Program-made: the position numbers and the translations under genes
NCBI GenBank assembly: GCA_043228905.1
Contig: JBHGNT010000013.1
Coordinates: 2,914,001-2,978,000 of the forward strand
From: Azolla caroliniana
Lineage: Eukaryota; Plantae; Polypodiophyta
DNA: 64,000 nucleotides
Reading direction: 5' to 3'
The notes under the pieces: model-generated
The model's input: only the letters and a program-made list of their open reading frames with translations
Databases searched by the model: none
Told to the model about the DNA's origin: nothing
Part shown: piece after piece, positions 38,101 to 50,742 of the stretch
Numbering within the stretch: position 1 is the first letter of the stretch
How the letters are laid out: the number at the start of each line of letters is the position of its first letter

Positions 38101-41100
38101 CTGACTTCGCTGATTGTTCAGCTACAATGAAGAACCTCTTCCACAATTGTTCGATTGGTCGGTCGAACCTTGTACTACGTAAGCATTGTTGGCCGAATCG
38201 TTCGCAAATGATTTTCTCCGAGTTGCTTCAGTCAAAATTGCACTCGTGAGTGAGGAGTACTTGATGGCAGTTGTCAACGTATTGCACATGGTTGTAACAA
38301 AAGTCTCCCACGAAGGAGGGAGACTACTCATAAGCAACATTGCTTTTATTTCATCCTCGATAGTCGTCCCCTGGGCCGCAATTTAGGAGCTTAGGCTTTT
38401 GTACTCATTCAGGTGTGCCTGGACCGAGTCGAACTCTTTCGTCTGAAGGTTATAAAGGCGCCGAATCAGGTATATCTTGGTGGCGGCGACCTTCTTTTCG
38501 TAAGTGTCCTAAAGAGTCTTCCACAGTTGGAAGGCAGTCGAACACGATTGCACCGTGAAGTACACGGACTCCAATAGGTGCATCCGAATAGTCGCTTAGA
38601 CGATTCTGTCGAGCCTTTCCCATTCAAGTGGCTTGTATCCTTTTAGAGGGTCTTCATTCTCAATGGGGTCAATTTGCCCCTTGACTATTAAATAGTCCTG
38701 CATCTGCTCCTTCCAGAAGTTGAAGTTCGATCCGTCGAACTTCCTTTGACCCATTTGTGACGAGCCAGATGTTGATGCCATCTGTGTTGGTTTAATAGAC
38801 TTTGTCCAGAGTCAACCATGAACTATGGTGGAGAACAACAGCCAGGCTCACTCAATGTCGTTCTATTTGGAGTTGGACACAAGTCCCGTCGATTTGGAAT
38901 ATTGATGAATCCTGTTCGGAGTTAGTCGAATTGAACCCAGATTTGATGATTCGATTTAGAATGTCGATTTTCCGAGATTTCCCAACACTGATTATGTGCG
39001 ATTCTCTAGGCCGATCCTGTTTCGGGTAACTGCAACGATGAGAGGGATGGAACCAACTAGTCCTCCCGAACATCGTTCAGCCGAATGAAACACAGATTGG
39101 GGTTGCCCCTGGAGTCATGTTTGCTTCGAATGGTTAAAGAGAGTGAAGAGATAACGTTAGATGACTTATTTGATTTTCACCTAACCGAGTGGAGCACGGG
39201 TGTGGTCTGATCAGGAGAAAGGTCTCACTCCGAACAACGACAATCACAGAGTCGAAGTAGAGTTGAGTGACTTAATTCAAGAGTGATTTCGAACACGGGA
39301 GTGCAGACCTTCAGTTGTCTCTCTTCGTCAAATGTGATTTCAAGAGGAGTTGCCAATTGAGATCTTCAGGGTGTATAGGAGAAGAGTTGCCAATGGAGGT
39401 TAGATAGATGGTGCCGGTAGAATCAAACAAAACCACGCTCTGATACCATATGTTGGGAGCGCCATCATCTAATGCGGAACAAGATCAACACTCTTCTAGG
39501 AGAAGATCGAGAATGGATGCAAGATCATAGCTTGAATGGCAACATAGACAGAAAAATAGGAATGCAACCAACGCGCTAGAGAGAGAGAAACATTTAAGCA
39601 CAACTCAGAATATATTGCAATAGCCATAAAGAACAACCACATAACTAGGTTACAAAGTTAGTTTATATACTGACTGACTTAGGGCAACTGCCCTTCTCAC
39701 TATCTACATAAATAGCCTAAGACTAGTGTGTACAAAGGAGACAATGTGAATACATCCATTAGAAACCCGTATTCAACAAGGATGCAGGTTCGATTCACCT
39801 ACCTTAGGTGTTTCATCAAGGAAGAAGACCAAATCATCGCGCAAGGGCGCCGGGAATGGAGGATGTTCATCCTCAACACCAATGACGTTGGCACCGCTCT
39901 GTTTGCAAAAGGAAAAAAAGTCGAGTCAGATATCAACTTATGGCACAAGCGGATCGGTCATGTCAACTACAAGAGGCTTCAGGAGCTATGGTCGAAACAA
40001 GTAGTATTTGGCCTACCGAAATTCAGTGGCCGGAAGGCCCAAATTTGTGAAGCCTGCTAGCTTGGGAAGCAACAATGACTTCCATTCCCCAACGAGCATA
40101 ATCAGAGCTGCAACAAGCTCGATTTGATCCATTCGGATGTTTGGGAACCGACACAGAACATGAGCCTAGGCGGGAGTTGATACTTCGTCTCCATCATCGA
40201 CGACTATAGCTGGCACACATGGATCTATTTCGTAATCTAGAGAAGAAAAGCAAAGTCTTCGATTGTTTCTAGAACTTGAAAAGCCTTGTCGAAAGGGAAA
40301 CAGAGAGAAACATCAAGTGTTTTTGGTCAGATGGTGGAAAAGAATACTTTTCCGGCCAACTCAACTAATAACCTACAATAGATGGGAAATTGGCGAGTCT
40401 AATTCAATTGTAGATTGGAGCAGAACGACGTAGCCAAGCGGAAGAATCGGTCAGTTGTGGAAGCGGCAAGGGCAGTGTTGGAGGAGAAGAGCATGCCCAA
40501 GTTCTACTGGGCCAAAGGGATTCAGATGGCAATCTACATCTAGAATCAGATCAAAGAGAAGGTATCGGCACACGAGTTGTATTTAGGGTGAAAGCTGAAC
40601 TTGAGACACCTGAGGGTATTCGGTAGTATTGCCTATGTGGACGTGCCAGATGAGAAGAGGAAGACGTTGGATGCAAAGTCGGAGAAGTGCATATTGGTCG
40701 GCTACTCACATGAATAGAAGGGGTATAAGTGCTACAACCCCCGGACCAAACAAGTTCGAGTAAGCTGAGACGTTGTCTTCGACAAGTCAGCGTCCTAGTA
40801 TGCCCTTCCAACTCCGACCTCCCGATTTCTGAGGATGAGGCAAATGAACCCGACATGATTCGGGAAGAAGAAGAAAACTTTGGTACTCTAGGAGAGAGTT
40901 TTATTTCATTCCGACTGAGTGGCCTAAATGGAGAGCTAAGTCGAGATGACCAACCGAATAAAGAGTCGGCGAGTTAAGACTCAACCATGTTGTCCTTGCA
41001 CAAGGAAAATGAGGAGACGGTTCACGCGCAAAGAAAAGGGTAAGATTAAGATGCCGAAGTACGACACGGATAAAGGAGAGTCGGATTAGGGAGAATCTGA

Positions 41101-42040
41101 CAACACTTTGAGAGAAGGTGAACCTCAAGAGTTGAGGTCAGATGTGGCCAAGAGGGCCCTCAAATCGGCGAAGGAGAAACTCCGCTAATCGACTCGCCAC
41201 AAGAAGCTAGTGATCTAGTATGGGTATAACGAGTACATGGTGCGCCATTATCCATACATGACGAAGGTAGCTGAAGTCCGCAAGTTGGAGAGCTATGCGG
41301 AGGCATCACAAGTTGCCAAATGGCATTTGGGCATAAAGGAAGAAATGTGGGCATTTGATGCCAATGACACATGGGACTTAGTTGACCCTCCCCAGAATTG
41401 CAAACCGATCGGATGTAAGTGGGTGTATAAAGTGAAATACACCGCTGACAATTTGGTCACCCAGTATAAGGCCCAACTAGTAGCCAAGGGATACACATAG
41501 ATACACGGAATCGATTATGACAAGACTTTTGCATCGGTGGCGAAGATGACGATGGTTCATGTGGTGCTAGCGGTAGCAGAGGCAAGAGGGTGGCATCTCC
41601 ACTAGATGGACGTGAAGAACAAGTATGCATGGTCCAACCACCCAGATTTCAGTCAAAGATGAACAAGTCAATAGTACGTCGAACGAAATAGTCGCTTTAC
41701 GACCTTAACCAAGCCCCCCATGCTTGCAACTCGAAGATCACGCACTGATTGCATAAGATGGGGTTTGTAGCCCCCAAATCCGACTCGACGTTGTTTATTC
41801 GGAAAGGTCCAAAGGGTCCAGTTTGCATTCTGCTTTACATGGATGACTTGGTCATCACCGGACCCGACCTTACTGAAATCAACCAAGTCAAGTCCCAGTT
41901 GTCGGACACATTTGAGATGAAGGATCTGGGGGACCTTCACTACTTCCTCGGGACCGAAGTGATCCATACCCCTGATGGCATATTGTTGTCTCAACAACAC
42001 TATGTTTTGAATATGTTGTTCAAGTGGGCATGAAAGATTG

Positions 42041-42210
42041 GGATAACAGGCTGATCAATCCCAAGAGCTCTTATCGACAGAGTCGTTTGATTTAGTTTGG
42101 GAGAGTGGTTCCCAGAATAATGATCTCTAAGAGCAAAAGTTGAGGGTTCAAATCTCATTTTCTATTCTCTGAATTACGAGAGTGATATGAGTTGCTGTCT
42201 GCTGCTCTTG
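42041..42210 (+). other. 170-bp filler insertion in C1 RT, starting with a ~50-bp organellar (mitochondrial 26S-like) LSU rRNA fragment
   Basis: GGGATAACAGGCTGAT...CCCAAGAGCTCTTATCGAC.GAGTCGTTTG is domain V of bacterial-type LSU rRNA; interrupts the RT codons GMKDC|.SVSTPL. Confidence 0.75.
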
Positions 42211-42243
42211 CCAATCCGTCTCTACTCCCCTCAATAGGAGCGT

Positions 42244-45200
42244 TGTCGTAGTGTATTTCGTACACTATGTGAAAAATTGCATTTTTGTTCCTACGGATGA
42301 AGGAGAAATCGGCAAGGAAGAACTGGTAAGGAGGACCCAGTATGGAGAACTAGTTAGAACCGGATGAAGAAGGCCGGTGAGAAACGGTGAGAAACGGACG
42401 AAGAGGACCCGGTAAGAACCGGATGAAGCAGACCCGGCAAGAGCCGAATGAAGAAGGCCGGTGAGAGTGTCTCACCGGATAAAGAGACATATTTGTAAAT
42501 AGAAGAAAGTATAAAAATATGTATTACATGCATAGGGCAAGATTCAAACCTTGTACCTCCATGTTAATAATGTTAAGCCTTACCACTATACTAACATATT
42601 ATGAATTGTAAAGTTATACTAATCTTTATCCCATACAAATATTCTAGATATGCATGGTACAAAAAGTTATTCATGCATACATACTTGAGTTAAAAGAAAA
42701 GATGGGATAGAAATCTAATCATGCACATACAGTGTGCATGAAACTAAAGTTAGAAAAAGCATGTTAGATAAAGCATATAGTCTATAGTTAGAAAAAAAGC
42801 ATGGATTGTGAAGACTCTCTCATCATTATATAAGGATGGGAAGCACAATGTAATGGGGGGAAATACTTGGAAATTGGATATATTTCCGAAAACACCAACC
42901 AATTAATATAATCGTGGGATTCACGAAAATAATATAATCTATACTTGTGGGATTCACAAGTTTCTTATATCTTTCTTTCAATCTAAATACATATTCTTAT
43001 CTAAATACTAATTAATAAAATATATTATATTTGTGGGATTCGCAAGTTTATAATAATCTATTCATAATTAAAATCGCCTCAAATTCTTCCTCTTCCTAGT
43101 CCAAAACCCCAACGCTTCCCACCCAACTCATGCAAATGATTTGGCGCCGAAAGGCACGACAGAAGTGGTGAACCCGACGTGAAGGCTGGTGGCAAGGAGA
43201 TGGATAATCAACAAGAGGTGACGAGCATAATGATGATGATGATTGAGTGGATGCAACAAGAACAACATGCGATGTCGGAGATGAAGTCGGCGGTAGAGCG
43301 GCTTGTGCAACGAATCGGGCAATTCAATGGAAAGGATGTGTCACGTTACCTATGTGACTATAAGGCGGAGATGATGCGATGTCGGATACTGGAAGGATTG
43401 CAAGTGATATCCTTTAGTCGGGTGGCCTTGGACAAGCTGCAAGAGAGCATATACGAGATACGACAACAGAACACAATGTGGGTGTCCTTTGAGAAAGCAC
43501 TATCGGAGAAGTATGACTACAAGAGATCGATGGGATGAGATCGACGTGAGTTTGACCAGTGGGTGGCATCGGCAAAGACTCACCGAACTGCGACACTAGC
43601 ATTCTTAGAGTTTGAGTATCGTTTTGCTCAACTCTCGGAGCGGGAACAAAGATTGGTGGGGGTGGATAAAGTCCTAATGTTCGTAAGATCAATCAATTGA
43701 AAAGAAAGGATGGACATCAGGATCGAAAAGAAAGGATGATGGTGCGAATGGTCTTACCGAGGATTGGGCTGAAGTCGAAAGGGTATGCCGGAGACATGAT
43801 GAGAGGAAGAAGAGAATCTTGTCAACAACAACATGGCCTATAAGGGATGATTGATTAAGGATAGACGATGTGGCTGATATGAAGGCCGAAGTACGAGTCG
43901 ACGGTACCACGGGAGAGGGTGTGGAACAAGGCATCCTGTCGTCTTGCGAAAGAACGACGGCCAAGGATAAGGTCGATGACTTGAGAGTGGCGAACACCAC
44001 TTCAAGAATGGAAGAAGGTTTCGTAATACAAGTATCCGAAACATCGGGTGAAAAAGGGGTAAGCATAATCAATGCTTGCATGATCGAGGGAGATAAAGAG
44101 TGCGGGGCGGACTTGATTGAGGAGGTCGCCACGAAAGATGACATCGAATCGGAGGTGGCTATGGACGAATCAATGGCGGATGGCCGTATGAAGACTTTCC
44201 CACCACTAGTTCTAGAGACTTCGGCGGTTGCGTTCGAAAGGCAACGTGAGACCGAAGAGACGGAAGGTGGCAGAGAGAAAACGAAGGCCGAAGCTGATGC
44301 ATACCACGGAGAGATAGCCAAGAAGGTGGATATGCGTGAAACAACAGAGAACGATAATATCGAGGATTCCTGCCCACTAATTCTAGAGACTTCGGCGGTT
44401 GTGTTCGAGTACCAACGTGAGACCGGAGAGACGGGAGGTGGCGGCAAGAAAGGTAAAGTCGGAAGCCGGTTCAGATGGAAGATGATCCGGACGAAATTTC
44501 GATCTAAACAAAAACCAACTCGGAAAGGGACCAAATCGGTAAAAACCAATCAACCGATTCCGATTCGGTGAAATATGAATCGGAATGGAAGCCAATCTAA
44601 CCGAAAGATGATCAGACGAGACCAATCTAGAAAAGATGGTAATACTACTCAACCGAAGGTCGGAGAGATCCAGGATGATAAAGACAAGGACGAGGCCAAG
44701 CAGGTGCACTACAAAGGATGACAAGGACCAAGCGGGCCAAGCAAATTTGAAGGGTGTTACCAAGGATGAGATCTCGACAAAGGAGGGCTTTAACATGAAG
44801 ATTGTCAACTCTAACGCAAGATTATACGACAAAGGTGGATGAAGTGGAAAGCAAGTCACCTGCACAAGAAGAGCACAAGGAACCATAACAACCGATCATG
44901 GCAATTCAAAGAATGAAAGAAGAATATGGTGGATCGGATGGCAACAATGGTTCGGGTGGAAAGATTCGATGTGCTCAAAATGGAGAGACAAAGCTGACAT
45001 AACGAGAGAAGCGGAGGGTACAACAAGTAACGAAGAATTACGAGGGCTGGTAACCAGAGACTGGATAGAGCCAGCAACCGAACAGAACCAGAAATCAGGC
45101 GGAGCCGGCAACCAAAAACCGGTGGCCAAACGGGGCCGACAACCAAACACGACTGGCGACGAAACCAACCGGGTGGAGAACGGACGGACGAGACTAACAA

Positions 45201-46252
45201 TCACCGACAACTTCGGCCCATACCGGAGGATGCGTGGGTTCGGAGGGGGTGAGTGTCGTAGTATATTTCGTACACTACGTGAAAAATTGCATTTTTGTTC
45301 CTACGGATAAAGGAGAAATCGACAAGGAAGAACCGATAAGGAGGACCCGGTAAGGAGAACCGGTTAGAACCGGATGAAGACAAGAGCCGGATGAAGAAGG
45401 CCGGTGAGAGTCGGTGAGAAACGGACGAAGAGGACCGGTAAGGAGGACCCGGTAAGAACCGGATGAAGCAGACCCGGTGAGAACCGGATAAAGAAAACCG
45501 GTGAGAATCGGATGAAGCAGACCCGGCAAGAGCCGGATGAAGAAGGCCGGTGAGAGTCTCTCACCGGATAAAGAGACATATTTGTAAATAGAAGAAAGTA
45601 TAAAAATATGTATTACATGTATAGGGCAAGATTTGAACCTTGTACCTCCATGTTAATAATGTTAAGCCTTACCACTATACTAACATATTATGAATTGTAA
45701 AGTTATACTAATCTTTATCCCATACAAATATTCTAGATATGCATGGTACAAAAAGTTATTCATGCATACACACTCGAGTTAAAAGAAAAGATGGGATAGA
45801 AAGCTAATCATGCACATGCAGTGTGCATGAAAACTAAAGTTAGAAAAAGCATGTTAGATAAAACATATAGTCTATAGTTAGAGAAAAAGCATGGATTGTG
45901 AAGACTCTCTCATCATTATATAAGGATGGGGAGCACAATGTAATGGGGGGGAAATTCTTGGAAATTGGATATATTTCCGAAAACACCAACCAATAAATAT
46001 AATCGTGGGATTCACGAAAATAATATAATCTATACTTGTGGGATTCACAAGTTTCTTATATCTTTCTTTCAACCTAAATACATATTCTTATCTAAATATT
46101 GATTAATAAAATATATTATATTTGTGGGATTCGCAAGTTTATAATAATCTATTCATAATTAAAATCGCCTCAAATTCTTCCTCTTCCTAGTCCAAAACCC
46201 CAGCGGTTCCCACCCGCCTCACGCAAACGATCTAGCGCCGAAAGGCACGACA
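42244..46252 (+). mobile_element. Non-autonomous gypsy-like element G2 nested in C1; LTRs 42244-43161 and 45254-46252
   Basis: TGTCGT...ACGACA LTRs, tRNA-Trp PBS TGGTGAACCCGACGTGA, PPT GGAGGGGGTGAG, 4-bp TSD GCGT/ACGT; decayed gag-like ORF, no pol motifs. Confidence 0.9.
42528..42598 (-). promoter_or_regulatory. tRNA-like Pol III A-box/B-box module in G2 5' LTR (second copy ~45618-45688)
   Basis: rc TAGTATAGTGGTAAGG...GGTTTGAATC; 3' LTR copy has GGTTCAAATC. Confidence 0.65.
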
Positions 46253-46873
46253 ACGTGAATCTATGTCCTGACTCGAGAGCGGCATACAATGTGACCCGGT
46301 TCCGACAAATTGTCAAAAGCCTTATATATCTAACTATGACCCGACCCGACATTAGCTATTCGGTCGGGATGATTAGTCAATTAATGCAACGCTCGATAGC
46401 CGAGCATCTTTAGTGCACGCATTGACTATTGAGATATGTGAGCACACAAAGGATCGGGACTATTGTAGTGACACAGTATAGCTGAACCGTTAATCGGCTA
46501 TATGGATGCCGACTAGGCCAAAGATGCATTGGATCACTGGTCTACGTCAAGTTTCATGTTCTCCCTTGGTAGTGCGGCTGTAGCATGGAGTAGCAAGAAG
46601 CAGTTGACAGTGGCCCTATTGAGCACTAGGGTTGAGTATAAAAGAGCCACCGTCATGACCTATGAATTATATCGCTTCGGCGGCTGCTGCAGGACTTATG
46701 GATCAAGGTTCCCATTTTGATTCTGATCCATTGCAATAACATCAACATCATGCAACTAACCAAGAACCCCATCTTCCACGCTCACACAAAGCACATAGAA
46801 GTGCACTATTACTTTGTGTGCGAGCAGGTCCTCAGTGGTGAAGTCAAATCACATCGATTGGTAGGTGTCATGA

Positions 46874-46940
46874 TATGGCAAGACTCGAACCCATGAACTT
46901 ATGTTACATGGGTCGAGCTCTTGACCATTAGACTATATGT
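46874..46940 (-). promoter_or_regulatory. tRNA-like Pol III A-box/B-box module at the start of the G3 LTR (second copy ~59315-59381)
   Basis: rc TAGTCTAATGGTCAAG...GGGTTCGAGTC. Confidence 0.7.
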
Positions 46941-47295
46941 TGTAATACGAAAGATATTATTTTCATTTAGATTTTACTATAGAAAATTGATGTACATTCT
47001 AGATTTCTCTAGAACATTCTAGAAACTTCAAGAGTACTCATGAGAACACTATAAAAGATGACACAAGGCATTATTTTGAACCAAATCGGTTCAATGCCAG
47101 TCTTAAGCCTCCTAGCTACTATTGTATATTCCCTTAACATAATATATATCTTTTGTTATCCTCATTCTCTCTCTCTCTCTCTCTCTCACTCCCTCTCCTT
47201 CTCTCCAGAGTTCTACACCTCCCTTAGTACTAATTCCTTCACTATTTTAGTATTGTTCCTGACAATACTTCTCTGTCTTAGTACTGCTCCTGACA

Positions 47296-47626
47296 ATAGG
47301 TGGCCGACATCTTCCCCAAGACGCTCATATCGACCAAGTTGTAGCACTTTTCGGAGATGCGTAGTCTACAACATCTCAATGTGTCGCACTTGAGGGGGAG
47401 AACAGGTAGAGAAAAAGGGGGAGAGCAACAGGAACAAGCCAAAAATAAAGAAGATGTTGAATCGATTGAAGAAGTCGGCACATCCGGAAGAGCCAGAATA
47501 GGTGGGAAAGGTAGCAAAGTCAAGAAGGACAGAGCCGACCAGAAGAAAAAGGCCAAGACTAAGACATGGTCAGATGTGGTCAAGGGGCTGAAGACAGATG
47601 ATGAATTGGAGACAACCAATTTGATC
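47296..47626 (+). repeat. 331-bp copy of G3's downstream flank (59773-60103) placed after its 5' LTR
   Basis: (a/g)taggtggccgacatcttcc...accaatttgatc present at both sites; followed by a repeated LTR terminus at 47627-47649. Confidence 0.92.
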
Positions 47627-50600
47627 CTGTCTTAGTACTGCTTCTAACAGTTTGAACTGATTTTTTCTCTCCTTCCTTCTCTTCCTTTATCTTCTTACTT
47701 CTCCCTCCCATCATACTAATCTCATATTCCTCTTTTCTCTCATACTATGGCCATTGTTAGCACTCAAGAATATCAATCCGTTTTCTCAAAGCTGCAATGC
47801 TTGAAAGAGAAGTTCCTTGCTTTGGAACAAGAAAATCAACGGTTGTTGAGGGATCTTCAACAAATCCCCTTAGAAAAGCAGCAAACACAACAACAACATG
47901 GGGAACTAGTGGTACGCGTGCAACAACTCAAAGCAACCTTAGTAGCGATGCAACACCAAGGACCTAGTACGCAAGGGATTCATAAAGAACCCAAGATCGG
48001 CCTTCCCATGAAATTCGATGGAACGCGATCGCAGTTTAGAGGATTCCTTAATCAGGTACGATTAATCATTCAAATGCATCCTTCTCAATATCCCACCAAT
48101 GCATCACGAGTGGGACTAGTAGGCACAACTTTGGCATGGTTCCCCCCCTGTTAGAAAAAACCTCTCCCTTGTTAAATAATTTCGAAGAGTTTATTACTGA
48201 GTTTAAAGCCTGTTTTGGAGATACCGACAATGTTAGAACAACAATCAACAAAATCTGATGATTGCACCAAAGTGAGCGGCCGGCCTCAGCTTATGCTTCA
48301 GATTTCCGTCTTCTCGCCACCGATATTCTCTGGGATGACCAGACACTAATGGAGCAATTTCATTTTGGCCTACGTAATGATGTTAAAGATTTACTCTTAA
48401 CTTTCCCCGAGGAGCCAAAGTCATTGACAGAAGCAATCAGTCATGCGGTGCGATGCGATAATCGCCTCGTCGAACCACGTTCGGAACGTCAGTTCCAAAT
48501 GCCACGGACAAGATCGGAGCCCAGCTATGCTTCAATCATAGCAAAGCCTTTCCCAAGGGAGTCATTCAATATGTCTCCAACAAATACTATGGCTCTAATG
48601 GAAATCGACACCACGTCGCCGCGGACCACTATTGGAAGAAGAAAAGCATTGACGCAGGGCAAATCGATTATGTCTTTGTTGCGGTGGACCGGGGCATATT
48701 GCAGTGAATTGCCCCCATCGCCCGAAAATGCAGGTAAATCAAATAACCGCTAGAACTAATAGTACTAAACCCGAGTCTATTCCTCTAGGTGTGTCTGATA
48801 GTCCTAATAGCCCAATCCTTTCAAACAAATTTGAAATCCTTAGTCAACTAGAAGAAGAGTTAAACGATTAAGTCCAACCAAAATAGAAGCCGTTTGGTTG
48901 GACAACCTTAGATCTGTGCAACCCATTAGTGGTTCCATTTCCTCTAAGAAAGTTAGCAATGTGTTCTTAGTTCAAGTAATGGTTAGTACTAAAAGTACTC
49001 CTCTAGTACATGTCTTAGCACTCTTAGATTCCAGAGCCAACTCTTGCTTCATGGATAGGAATTTTGCCCAAGCTCATCAGATATCCCTAAAGAAACTCCC
49101 ATGTCCAGCCTCTATAGTTGTCATTGATGGTCGTCCCATTGCTTCCGTGAATATTATAGAAGAGTCAGAACCCATTAATATTGTCCTAGATAACTTAGTG
49201 TGTGTAGTATCATTTAATATAATTAGTATCCTAGAACATCCCATTGTTTTGGGATTACCATGATTCGAATTACATAACGCAACCATAGATTGGAGAACAA
49301 GAGAAATACAGTGTCGACAAACCCGAAGATCTTCTCATAAGATTGCAACCATTTCGCTACATCAGTTGCATGAGGAAGGACGCAAGGAAGAAATGTTTCT
49401 CTTTGCAATATCCGTAAACCCCTCCAATATCAATAAAGAGGAGTCCACCATTCAACTTCCAGAGAAGTATTGTCATTATGCCAATGTGTTCGATAAAGTA
49501 CGAGCTAATACGCTTCGAGCTAGAAGTCCTTCGAGTGTATATAGAGGAGAATTTGGCAAATGGTTTCATTCGACATTTGAAATCTCCAGCCAGCGCACCC
49601 ATTTTCTTCGTCAAGAAAAAGGATGGATCACTTCGTCTTGTCGTAGGTTACCATGGGTTGAATAAAGTCACCATCAGAAATAGGTATGCACTTCGTCTTA
49701 TCTCAAGTCTTTTAGAACGGATCAATGGTGCAAGGTTCTTCACAAAGATCGACTTACGAGGAGCGTATAACCTTGTACGGATCCGACCAAGAGATGAATG
49801 GAAGACTGCATTTCGCACCAGATATGAGCACTTCGAGTTTATGATCATGTCATTCGGCCTCACTAATGCGCCAACAGTCTTCTAGCACATGGCAAATGAT
49901 ATATTCCGAGATCTCTTGGATGCTTTTTTGATCATCTATTTGGATGATCTACTAGTTTATTCGAAGACCCAAGAAGAGCATGATTCTCATGTGCCGTTAG
50001 TACTAAAACGACTTCGAGAACATGGTCTTTATGCAAAATTGGAAAAATGTAGTTTCAGGTGCAACCAAGTAGAATTTTTGGGCTATGTCATTTCCTCGGA
50101 AGGCATCTCCATAGATCTAGCTAAGGTCAAAATGGTGGTAGAGTGGCAGACTCCGCGTTCATTGCGAGATGTAAAATGCTTTTTAGGCTTTGCCAGTTTT
50201 TACCGCAAGTTCATACATGATTACTCAAAGCTTGTTCTGCCTCTCACACAACTTACCAAGAAGGGAAAATCGTTCGTTTGGTCTGAAGAAGCGGACATTA
50301 CTTTTGAGATTCTTAAGAAGGCATTTACATCAGCTCCTATTTTAGCTCATGTTGATCCAGGAAAACCATTCATCATTGAAGCAAATGCGTCGGATTTCTC
50401 CTTGGGTAGCATTTTGTCTCAACAAGGCGATGATGAAAAGCTACATCCTCTGGCTTTCTATTTACGCACCTGTGGCTTTCTATTCACGCAAGTTTGACAC
50501 CGTGGAAATCAACTATGAAATTCATGATAAGGAGCTATTAGCAATAGTGGACTCTTTTACTCAATGGAGGCATTTTCTAGAGGGTTCTTCTCATCAAGTC

Positions 50601-50742
50601 ATCATATTCAGTGATCCCAAAAACCTTGCCTACTTTCAAAATGCTCGTGTTAAATCGACATCAAGCTCGGTGGGCCCACTTCCTCACTCGTTTCGACTTC
50701 AAAATCACATATCATCCGGGGAAGCAACAAGGGAAGGCAGAT

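Larger units (their letters stand above)
29105..39778 (-). mobile_element. Copia C2, degenerate, nested in C1; LTRs 39451-39778 (5') and 29105-29431 (3')
   Basis: PBS GCTCTGATACCA at 39437-39448, PPT CTCCCCC at 29432, TSD GGGAT/AGGAT; gag from 38781, LLDSGASFH, IN FIDDSTR, RT LDVKMAFLHG, RH. Confidence 0.93.

Noticed and set aside
43689-44549. 286-aa minus-strand ORF and other antisense ORFs over the retroelements
   Set aside because: Shadows of the opposite-strand ORFs; no recognisable motifs
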